The notes below the pieces were generated by a model. The model was not told the DNA's origin. It ran no database searches and worked only from the letters and a program-made list of their open reading frames with translations. From Chloroflexota bacterium (lineage in GTDB: Bacteria > Chloroflexota > Dehalococcoidia > Lucifugimonadales > UBA3495): DNA of 23,863 bases. Below are positions 16,631 to 23,863 of this stretch, in pieces. The stretch is taken from NCBI GenBank assembly GCA_022566155.1, contig JADFJS010000011.1:1-23863 (forward strand), read 5' to 3'. Position 1 is the stretch's first letter, and each line of letters starts with the position of its first letter. Both the position numbers and the translations under genes were made by a program.

Positions 16631-18190
16631 ATGACCCTGCGCTCCAATGATGCAGCCGGAGGCTCCGCCGCGACGGCCGACGTTGATGACGACCTGGTAT
16701 TGCTGGAAAGTACCCGCGTACCGGACCTTCCCGGATTTCTAAGCAGAAATGTGGTGCTCGGCCCAGAGGAAACCGGCTTCGTTACGGCCAACGGAAGCGT
16801 AGTCTCGGAGCTGAGCCGCGGTTCCAACAAGGTTGGGTGGTCCTTTTTCGGCTGGTTCGGAAGCAGCAACCGGGAGGTAGTCAAGCTGCACAACCGGCCG
16901 TTCCGGCTGCGCCTCTACTTCACCGGCCTGCTTTCCAAAGGATATGACACCCTGGACGCGATGATCCACCTCACCGTTTCGGTGAGGGACCCGTCCCTTT
17001 TCTACAGCAGAATGGGACGGGGCATGGTCCGCCTGTCGGCCAGCCAGTTGGCGAGCCGGGTCGCCGCCAGCATGGACGACCTGCTCCAGGTCAAGGTCAC
17101 GGAGATAGACGGCCAGGCCCTGCGCCACGACCGCCAGGTGCAACACCGTCTGACCACCGACCTGGAGCCCACGTTGAACCGGGCCCTGGACGAGCGGGGT
17201 GTAAACCTGGAAAGCGTGGACCTGGTCGCCTTCGACAATCCCGGCGAGGGAGACGAGCTCCTGAACGAGCTGGCCGATGCCGACAGGATGATAGCCAGCG
17301 GCACCAAGCCAGGACGTGAGGACATTCAGCGCACTCTGACCCGCCTGCAAGCCGCCGGCCTGGCCACTCCGGAGATGGCGGAGCGGGCCCAACTACTCTA
17401 CGATGGCGGCACCAACGATGCCTTCTTTGGCGTGATGAAAGACATCAGCCGGGCATCTAGGCGCCGGCTGGAGGCCCGGCTGGCCGACCGGTCGGAGCAA
17501 CTCACCCAGAAACTTAATGGCGACGAGACCCCAACATCCGCCGGCATGCTGTCGATGGAACGATTGTTGAAGTTCATCGGTCCGATATGCGCCATTGTGG
17601 GCCTGGTTTACAAGTTTGCATTTACGGGATTCGCCGGCGGTCCGATAGTGCTCATTGGTGGCCTGATCGGAGCCGTGGCCTTCGCCGGCGGATACCTTAT
17701 TATCCGCGCCAAGCGTATCCTGGGCATCGGGAAGGGGGATGAAATCGTGATCCGGCTGGACCGGTGGGCCAAGAAAAACAGCATGGCCACCGACGACTTG
17801 ATCCGCCGCCAGATGGGACGTGAGTTTTCCAACAGCTTGACCGACGTTAAGGATGCCAAGCTCGTGGCCTTCCGCGAGGACAAGAAAGCTGTCGCCAACG
17901 CCTTGAGCGACCTGGAAAACCGCATGGACCTTATGCGTACCGAGGTAGAGTCGGCCCCGGCCGCCTCCACCATAGTATCGGTGAAAAACTTTCCCACCCA
18001 GCGCATATCCCGGATGGTCAGCTTCGAAGAGGAGCTGCTGCGTCAAGCCAGAAACCTTTCCATCCGCTCCCAAACCGCGAAGGAGTCCCTTAGCGAAGAG
18101 GACGTGGAGGCGTTGCGGGTGGGCCTGGACAATTTCCACCGGTCATTCTCCAAGCGCCTTGGCCTGCTGGAAGGATTCAAGGAACTTTAA
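16631..18190 (+). CDS. Protein B: SPFH-like N-domain + internal hydrophobic hairpin + coiled-coil tail
   Basis: AGGAGG 7 nt upstream. N-terminus NVVLGPEETGFVTANGSVVSELSRGSN, paralogous to the SPFH start of A and C. A band-7-like core. A 45-aa hydrophobic stretch FIGPICAIVGLVYKFAFTGFAGGPIVLIGGLIGAVAFAGGYLII (two TM helices or a re-entrant hairpin). A C-terminal helical region. Confidence 0.75.
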   Translation: MTLRSNDAAGGSAATADVDDDLVLLESTRVPDLPGFLSRNVVLGPEETGFVTANGSVVSELSRGSNKVGWSFFGWFGSSNREVVKLHNRPFRLRLYFTGLLSKGYDTLDAMIHLTVSVRDPSLFYSRMGRGMVRLSASQLASRVAASMDDLLQVKVTEIDGQALRHDRQVQHRLTTDLEPTLNRALDERGVNLESVDLVAFDNPGEGDELLNELADADRMIASGTKPGREDIQRTLTRLQAAGLATPEMAERAQLLYDGGTNDAFFGVMKDISRASRRRLEARLADRSEQLTQKLNGDETPTSAGMLSMERLLKFIGPICAIVGLVYKFAFTGFAGGPIVLIGGLIGAVAFAGGYLIIRAKRILGIGKGDEIVIRLDRWAKKNSMATDDLIRRQMGREFSNSLTDVKDAKLVAFREDKKAVANALSDLENRMDLMRTEVESAPAASTIVSVKNFPTQRISRMVSFEEELLRQARNLSIRSQTAKESLSEEDVEALRVGLDNFHRSFSKRLGLLEGFKEL

Positions 18191-18243
18191 CCTGATGCTC
18201 GAATCCCGGGACATGAAGACAGGACTGGAGTAAAGGAGGCGTC

Positions 18244-20199
18244 ATGCCTGCCAAATTATTCAACAATCGTTGGGAGCGGGAGCCGGATGATTTCGCGGCC
18301 GTGTTGAGCGAGAGGGATCTGGCCGGCTTCACTACCAAGAACATCGTCATAGAAGAAGGCACCATGGGCCTCCTTCTGGTCCAGGGCCGCTTCGACCGAA
18401 GGCTGGACCCCGGCGAGCACGCTTTGGAAGGTGGCCTTGGGGCCATCTTTGTGGGCCGTGAGAGAAAGATCGTGGTCCTGGTCAGCCTAGGCGACGCTAT
18501 GCTGCACATCACCCTGCCGCGCCTATTGACCCGAGACCCGGTTCCCTTTGGCGTACAGGTGGCGCTTACCCTGAGATTCAATCCGGGGCGGGAAGCCATA
18601 TTTCTCAGCAACTTTATGTCGGGTAAGGAGTCCCTCACCACCCACGACCTGCGGAACCTGGTCTACTCCGAGATCAACGAGGCCGCCCAGGCTTGGGCCG
18701 GTGGCCACACCATCAGGGAATTGGGCGAAAATATGGCCCTTCGGGACGAGATGGCCCTCGCCCTCGAGGCCCACATCAGGCCGCTGCTGGACCGCTACGG
18801 CCTCACCTTTGGCCGCCTGGAGGTCCGGGATTTCAAGTCGGAGATCTTGGACCGGTCCGTGAACCAGCGGGTGGAAACCTCCCTCCAGGTTACCAAGGAG
18901 CAGGCCGAGTTGGAGGGCCGCAAGAGGTTCTTCGACATCGCCGTGGAGACGGACATCCAAGACGTCACCGAAGAGACCCAGAAGGTGGCCACCTACGAGA
19001 AGCGGATCCTGTTATGGCAGCGCATGCAGCGAGCGGCGAACCAGGAGCAGATTGACAAGATAAGCTCCGAACAGGACCTGACCGACTTCATGCGCCAGAC
19101 CGACCGCGACAACCTGTTGAAAGAGGACGAGTTGGAGCGGTTCAAACAGGCGTTGGTGGACTCCGGTGAGGACCGGGAAAGGCTCCGCGCCCAGATCATC
19201 CGCCTAGCGGAAATGGAGGCCGAGTACGATTACAAACGCAAGGAGCTGTCCCAGCAGGCATCCCTGAGCCAGGAGCAGTTGGAAGGGGAGATGGGCCTGG
19301 AGCGGCTGCGCATGGAGGGCCAGCTTGAGACGGCGTTGAAGCGCACCGACCTGACCCTGGAGCGGGAACGCCGGGAGGCTGAGCAGGCGCGCAACGAGGA
19401 AGACCTGAACGCCGCCGCCCGCTACGAGCGAGAGCTGCGGGAGGCCAGGACCGGGGCCGAAGCACAGGGTATCGCCAGAGAGACCGCCCGGTTGGACGCC
19501 GAGCTGTCCCTGGCGCTGGAGGACCAGCGGGCGGCCCAGGAACGCCTGAATCAACAAGAGCAAGTCAGTATGACACTCCAAAGGCAGGCCGACGAGCAGG
19601 AACTGGCATTTAAGGCTGAGGAGGCCAAGCTAGACCTGCGCCTCCGAGAGCTTAGGGACCAACACCAGCGCGAGCTGGAGTCCATGCAATCCATGGACGC
19701 CGTCTCATTGCACACCTTGATTGCCGTGGCGCCGGGCGAGAAGGCGCCCTTGCTGGCGGAGTTGGCTCGAACCGAGGCACTCAAGAGCCTGTCGCCGGAC
19801 CAGATATTGGCCATCGCCGCCGAGAAGAGCCCCGAACTTGGCGGCGCTTTGGCTGAGATGGCAGCCCAGGGCGGCAGCGAACAGGCCAAGGCGATGTATG
19901 AACGTATCCTGGAAGAGCAGAAGGGCGCTGCCGCCGATATGCGGGAGAGCCAGCGGGAGATGACCGAAACCATGAAGGAGATGTTCAACAAGGCCCTGGA
20001 AACGCAGGCACAGGTGGCCTCGGCCTTCGCCCAAGGGATAGGACAGGCCGCCCAGAATCCAACGCCTGCCGCGGGCTCGGGTTCGCCCGGAGCAGCACCC
20101 CAGCGCGTGGTTGTCTGCCGGCGCTGCCTGACGGAGTCCGCCACGGGGACCAGGTACTGCCCCAACTGCGGCGACAGCATCATGAACGAACCTCGGTAG
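18244..20199 (+). CDS. Protein C: SPFH/band-7 + flotillin-like coiled coil + C-terminal double zinc ribbon (paralog of A without the cyclase)
   Basis: AGGAGG 6 nt upstream. IVIEEGTMGLLLVQGRFDRRLDPGEH aligns with A. QAELEGRKRFFDIAVETDIQDVTEETQKVATYEKRILLWQRMQRA aligns with A's EAALEGRKRLFDVHQESDIQTMAEETLEVAGVEKRVALWERMRQA. HTLIAVAPGEKAPLLAELARTEALKSLSPDQILAI aligns with A's ETLIAVSGAEQSQMLAQLARTRALSGCSPEQILAM. It ends with CRRCLTESATGTRYCPNCGD. Confidence 0.8.
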   Translation: MPAKLFNNRWEREPDDFAAVLSERDLAGFTTKNIVIEEGTMGLLLVQGRFDRRLDPGEHALEGGLGAIFVGRERKIVVLVSLGDAMLHITLPRLLTRDPVPFGVQVALTLRFNPGREAIFLSNFMSGKESLTTHDLRNLVYSEINEAAQAWAGGHTIRELGENMALRDEMALALEAHIRPLLDRYGLTFGRLEVRDFKSEILDRSVNQRVETSLQVTKEQAELEGRKRFFDIAVETDIQDVTEETQKVATYEKRILLWQRMQRAANQEQIDKISSEQDLTDFMRQTDRDNLLKEDELERFKQALVDSGEDRERLRAQIIRLAEMEAEYDYKRKELSQQASLSQEQLEGEMGLERLRMEGQLETALKRTDLTLERERREAEQARNEEDLNAAARYERELREARTGAEAQGIARETARLDAELSLALEDQRAAQERLNQQEQVSMTLQRQADEQELAFKAEEAKLDLRLRELRDQHQRELESMQSMDAVSLHTLIAVAPGEKAPLLAELARTEALKSLSPDQILAIAAEKSPELGGALAEMAAQGGSEQAKAMYERILEEQKGAAADMRESQREMTETMKEMFNKALETQAQVASAFAQGIGQAAQNPTPAAGSGSPGAAPQRVVVCRRCLTESATGTRYCPNCGDSIMNEPR

Positions 20200-20269
20200 A
20201 CAAGGCCAAGGCCATCGTGGCAGCCAACGGACGGTTGCCCGAGGCCATTTCCGGATTTCGCAACCCATC

Positions 20270-20302
20270 GGGAGGGCCTATTGACAGGCCCTCCCGTAGT
20301 TT
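20270..20302 (+). terminator. terminator-like hairpin after gene C (9-bp perfect GC-rich stem GGGAGGGCC/GGCCCTCCC, 8-nt loop, weak U-tail)
   Basis: Stem 20270-20278 pairs with 20287-20295. Loop tattgaca. Followed by gtagtttcc. Confidence 0.45.
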
Positions 20303-20497
20303 CCCGCCTAAACGCCCTCCCCCACTCTCCAGTTAATAGAGGCGGTCACCGATTCAACAGGATGCGGTCCATACTTCAATCCTATTTGCCCTCACACCCA
20401 TGATCCACTGCATCAGGGTATATCTCGCCACGCCCTGAGGCATCAGCGGGTCGCGTGACAACAGGTTGCACGTCGATTGCTCCTTTGCATTCTGTCC

Positions 20498-20525
20498 TTG
20501 ACGTAAATTTTGGACAAACTATAAT
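20498..20525 (+). promoter_or_regulatory. near-consensus sigma70 promoter TTGACG-N16-TATAAT for the surface-protein gene
   Basis: -35 at 20498-20503, -10 at 20520-20525, so the TSS is about 20532-20535. A GAGG Shine-Dalgarno then TTG 20570. Confidence 0.55.
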
Positions 20526-20569
20526 GTCAGCAACCGGACCGGCGTAAAGGCGGCCCGGACGAGGTCTTT

Positions 20570-23500
20570 TTGGCCGAAGACGCGGAAAAAAAGGAAGATC
20601 AGTACGGTATCGGCCCCGCCGGCGATCTGGAGTGGATTTCTCTGGAGCAGGCCGGCGTCCAGGCCATGCGCACCGCCAGAGAGGATCCGGGAAACTACGG
20701 CAGGACCTACTCAGGCACCCGCATGGTCTTCGACGTCACTGAGGAGGAGGACGGGGAAGACTACTACATCATCACCCTTTCCTTCCGCCCCGAGGGTGAC
20801 TTTTCCGGCACACCCGGCCAAGAACAGTTCTTCATAGAGAAAGAGGGCGCGGTTGCCGTTCGCCAGGTGCGCAGCCTGCCCGTCCCGGATCGAAGGCGCC
20901 GGTCCCGTGCCCCGGTCTACATTATTCTGGGTATCGGCGTTGTTATTGCTGGGGTGATTGGGGCCATGTTCGCCGCCGGCGTGCTACCGCCCGGCGCCGA
21001 CGGACCCACGCCCACACCCCCCATAGGACAGCAGGGCCAGGATGCCGTCCAGGTCACGGTGGAACTACTGCCAGGGCAGGCGGCTCGCTTGAACTCGCCG
21101 CAGGGTGATGTGACCGTAGACGTTAGCGCCGGGTCGGTAGACGGACCAATGGAACTTGTGTACCGGGAGCTGTCGCCGGACGAGATACCCGCAATGCCGG
21201 TGGGTTTCAACGCCTCGGACAAGCTATTCGATCTGTCCGTCACCGGTACCCAGGCCTCCACCACCGGCCGATTCTCATTTTCCAAGCCGGCCACCATTAC
21301 GGTGCGCCTCACCGCCGCACACGTAGAGCTTGCGGACAGAGAAGAGTCCAACCTGGTGATCCAGCACTTTGACGAAGCCAGGGGAGAGTGGACGGCTCTT
21401 CCAACTACCGTAGACTTCACCTTATTAACCGCTCGCGCCGAGGTGGAAAGTCTCAGCAAATTCGCCCTCACCATTAGGCAGCTCGGCGAGCAGTCCGTCA
21501 CAACCTCTCCCGGCGATACCTCAGCAGGGGATCAGATCAGTTTTGAGCTCACCGTCAACGGCAGGCAGGTGACCGGCCCAAGCGTAGACACCGCCAACGC
21601 CACCGTCGATGTCTCTCCGCCCCCCAACGCGCCGAATGACAGGTACATCACGGGGACGGAAGTGAAGCTTACGCTGTCCCCTGACAGTGGATACAAGGGC
21701 TCCTGCGATACTTCGTCCGTCTTCATGACATCGGACCTGGAAGTCGGCTGCTCCGTGACCAGGGAAAGCTACACGTTGAGCATTCTGGGCAGGCCGGTTA
21801 CGGGCCCAACGCTTGCCATGGCCGAAGGCACGGTAAACCTCTCGCCAGCCCCCAACGCACCTGGCAACCAGTACATTTCCGGTACCGTGGTGAACGTCAG
21901 CCTCTCGCCGGCCAGCGGATTCGAGGGCTCTTGCGACACCCTGGCGGTGACCATGACCTCCGACCGCAACGTTAGCTGCACCATGACCCAGCAGAGATTC
22001 ATCTTGACCATCGAGGGAGTCCAAGTGCTGGCAGGCCAGATAACGGTGGAAGTGGCCAACGGGGAGATAGACGTTAGCGAGGCCCCAGGATTCGATGGCA
22101 TGTACGCCGGCAACGTCGAGTTGTCTTTATTTGCTTACCCGTATTCCTCAGGCGCCACAATTTTTTGGAATGGGGTCGACACCGAGGGCTTCGAATCCGC
22201 CACCGTTCAGATGTCCAGGGACCGGTTTGTCACCGTGGACATCCTGCCGCTAGACCTCCACGGCGATTCCAGATTTGACGCCACGCCGATCTCGCCCGGC
22301 CTCACCTCGGGCGCCATCGATCCGCCCGGCGACCTGGACTTCTTCCAATTCTTCGCCCAGGCAGGCACCACCTACACGATCGAGGTGATTCCGGACACCC
22401 ACCCCGATACGTTACTCATCCTGTACGACTCCAGGGGCAACTGGCTGGATGAAGACGATGACGGGGGGCGAAGCGGTGGAGAACATCTGGAATGGACCGC
22501 CCCTTCCACCGGCGAGTACTACATCGAAGTCCGCTCCTTCGATCAGAGCTTCGATACAGGTTCCTATACCCTGTCACTGAGCACCGCGGATGACCACGGC
22601 GACTCCATTGATACCGCCACGTTCGTCTCCTTCGGCCTCACACCGGGCACCATTGGCCCGTCCGACGACGCGGACTATTTCGGCTTTTCGGCCCAGGCCG
22701 GCACTGCTTACCTCATAGAAGTGATCCTGGAAAGTCACCCCGATACGGTCCTGACTCTCTACGACTCCCGGGGCAACTGGTTAGATGAAGACGATGACGG
22801 GCGACGGGACGGTGGGGAATCAATCACTTGGACCGCCCTTTCCACCGGCGATTACTACGTGGCAGTCCGCTCCTTCTACCAGGAGTTCGATACAGGTTCC
22901 TATATCGTGTCGATCAATGTGGAGGATGACCACGGTGACTTTATCGGCACCGCCACGACCGTCTTCCTCGGCTTTACATCGGGCAGCATCGACCCGCCCG
23001 ACGACCTGGATTATTTCCGTTTCTCCGCCCAGGCCGGCACCACCTACCTGGTAGAGGTGATCTTGGAAAGTCACCCGGATACGGTCCTGACCCTTTATGA
23101 CTCCCGGGGCAACTGGATAGAGGAAGACGACGACGGGGGACGGGAAGGCGGAGAATCGATCACCTGGACCGCCACTACCAGCGGGAATTACTATTTCGAA
23201 GTCAGGTCCTTCGACCAAAGCTTCGACAGAGGCTCCTATACTCTATCGCTGAGTATTGCTGATGACCACGGCGACTCCATCGAGACGGCGACAGCCGTCT
23301 CCCTCGGCCTCACCTCGGGCGTCATCGACCCGTCCGGCGACTTGGACTATTTCCGGTTCTCCGCGCAGGCCGGCTCGACCTACACCATGGAGTTGATCTT
23401 GGGGACCCACCGCGACACGATGCTCACCCTTTACGACTCCAGGGGAAACTGGTTGGATGAAGACGATGACGGGAGACCGGAAGGTGGAGAGTTGTTGGAA

Positions 23501-23863
23501 TGGACCGCCCCACTGGCCGGCGATTATTACATCGAGGTCCGCTCCTACGACCCGAGCTTCGATATAGGCTCCTACACCCTGTCGCTGAACGTTGAAGTCC
23601 GTGCCGTCGACCGGCACGGCGATTCCATTCAGGCCGCCACGTCCATCGCCACAGGCATCAACTCGGGCGCAATTGACCCTTCCGACGACCTGGACTATTT
23701 CAGTTTCTTCGCCCAGGCAGGCACCACTTACATCATCGAGGTGATCCTGGGCTCCCACCCCGACACTCTGCTCACGATCTACGACTCCCGGGGCAGGTGG
23801 CAAGGTGAAAACGACGATGGGCGGCGCGGAGGCGGGGAACTAGTGGAATGGACCGCCCCGTCC
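20570..23863 (+). CDS. Type II membrane-anchored surface protein: ~105-aa cytoplasmic N-domain, 1 TM, Ig-like region, 2 divergent InlB-B-like repeats, at least 5 PPC (pre-peptidase C-terminal) domains. Partial, continues beyond the right edge
   Basis: Frame 2 is open from the TAA at 20522 to the window end. It is absent from the ORF track because it has no stop. N-terminus ...RRRRSRAP then TM VYIILGIGVVIAGVIGAMFAAGV (positive-inside, so the C-terminus is out). Two ~80-aa repeats with ATVDVSP..Y.GTEV.LTLSP.SGY.GSCDT..V.MTSD..V.C (divergent InlB B-repeat pattern). Five ~112-aa repeats with HGDS..TAT..G.TSG.IDP..DLDYF.F.AQAGTTY.IEVI...PDT.LTLYDSRGNWLDEDDDG...GGE...WTA..G.YY.EVRSFD.SFD.GSYTLSL (PPC pattern). 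Start TTG 20570 preferred over ATG 20666 because of promoter spacing and the Shine-Dalgarno. Confidence 0.75.
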   Translation, partial: MAEDAEKKEDQYGIGPAGDLEWISLEQAGVQAMRTAREDPGNYGRTYSGTRMVFDVTEEEDGEDYYIITLSFRPEGDFSGTPGQEQFFIEKEGAVAVRQVRSLPVPDRRRRSRAPVYIILGIGVVIAGVIGAMFAAGVLPPGADGPTPTPPIGQQGQDAVQVTVELLPGQAARLNSPQGDVTVDVSAGSVDGPMELVYRELSPDEIPAMPVGFNASDKLFDLSVTGTQASTTGRFSFSKPATITVRLTAAHVELADREESNLVIQHFDEARGEWTALPTTVDFTLLTARAEVESLSKFALTIRQLGEQSVTTSPGDTSAGDQISFELTVNGRQVTGPSVDTANATVDVSPPPNAPNDRYITGTEVKLTLSPDSGYKGSCDTSSVFMTSDLEVGCSVTRESYTLSILGRPVTGPTLAMAEGTVNLSPAPNAPGNQYISGTVVNVSLSPASGFEGSCDTLAVTMTSDRNVSCTMTQQRFILTIEGVQVLAGQITVEVANGEIDVSEAPGFDGMYAGNVELSLFAYPYSSGATIFWNGVDTEGFESATVQMSRDRFVTVDILPLDLHGDSRFDATPISPGLTSGAIDPPGDLDFFQFFAQAGTTYTIEVIPDTHPDTLLILYDSRGNWLDEDDDGGRSGGEHLEWTAPSTGEYYIEVRSFDQSFDTGSYTLSLSTADDHGDSIDTATFVSFGLTPGTIGPSDDADYFGFSAQAGTAYLIEVILESHPDTVLTLYDSRGNWLDEDDDGRRDGGESITWTALSTGDYYVAVRSFYQEFDTGSYIVSINVEDDHGDFIGTATTVFLGFTSGSIDPPDDLDYFRFSAQAGTTYLVEVILESHPDTVLTLYDSRGNWIEEDDDGGREGGESITWTATTSGNYYFEVRSFDQSFDRGSYTLSLSIADDHGDSIETATAVSLGLTSGVIDPSGDLDYFRFSAQAGSTYTMELILGTHRDTMLTLYDSRGNWLDEDDDGRPEGGELLEWTAPLAGDYYIEVRSYDPSFDIGSYTLSLNVEVRAVDRHGDSIQAATSIATGINSGAIDPSDDLDYFSFFAQAGTTYIIEVILGSHPDTLLTIYDSRGRWQGENDDGRRGGGELVEWTAPS
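21535..22005 (+). repeat. 2 x ~240-bp tandem coding repeat (InlB-B-like domains)
   Basis: The protein repeats ...VTGPSVDTANATVDVSPPPNAPNDRYITGTEVKLTLSPDSGYKGSCDTSSVFMTSDLEVGCSVT and ...VTGPTLAMAEGTVNLSPAPNAPGNQYISGTVVNVSLSPASGFEGSCDTLAVTMTSDRNVSCTMT. Partial DNA identity. Confidence 0.5.
22259..23863 (+). repeat. at least 5 x ~336-bp tandem coding repeats (PPC domains), truncated by the window end
   Basis: Unit starts near 22259, 22603, 22933, 23269 and 23617 (periods 330-347 bp). Each encodes a DDHGDS...SYTLSL unit. Long near-identical DNA stretches, e.g. ctttacgactcccggggcaactgg. Confidence 0.85.

Noticed and set aside
22259-23863. Regularly spaced repeats considered as a CRISPR array.
   Set aside because: The period is ~336 bp (not 28-37 + spacer). 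The units are protein-coding in one continuous frame (PPC domains). There is no short palindromic repeat/spacer alternation.

Overview
High-GC bacterial chromosomal window (roughly 60%+ GC by eye, AGGAGG-type Shine-Dalgarno sites, sigma70-like -35/-10 promoters). I saw no rRNA, tRNA, CRISPR array, transposase or integrase.

Left third (1-3.9 kb): a tightly packed minus-strand housekeeping operon, tsaC -> polyprenyl-synthase homolog -> pgk -> archaeal-type cofactor-independent phosphoglycerate mutase (apgM). apgM runs off the left edge and is missing from the ORF track because it has no stop inside the window.

Middle (4.1-13.3 kb): guaA, whose 5' end sits out of frame at a GGG run, then a plus-strand purine cluster: purD - acidic hypothetical - purE - HAD/MtnX-like phosphatase - purB - purC - DUF3105 - purS - BNR-repeat protein. 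Three non-pur genes are wedged between pur genes with 1-10 nt or overlapping junctions.

Right third (13.7-20.2 kb): the most unusual content. Three consecutive paralogous SPFH/flotillin-like coiled-coil proteins (A, B, C). A = N-terminal double zinc ribbon + SPFH + long E/R/Q-rich coiled coil + C-terminal class III adenylate-cyclase domain. B = SPFH-like + internal hydrophobic hairpin + coiled coil. C = SPFH + coiled coil + C-terminal double zinc ribbon, i.e. the ribbon has moved to the other end relative to A. I think this is a candidate, apparently undescribed, membrane-scaffolded cAMP-signalling or stress/defence module.

Right edge (20.6 kb onward): a terminator-like hairpin and a near-consensus promoter precede a large type II membrane protein with two divergent InlB-B-like repeats and at least five tandem PPC (pre-peptidase C-terminal) domains. 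These are encoded by ~336-bp tandem DNA repeats and the gene runs off the right edge.

Most long ORFs in the track on the opposite strand of these genes are antisense artefacts of GC-rich codon periodicity.
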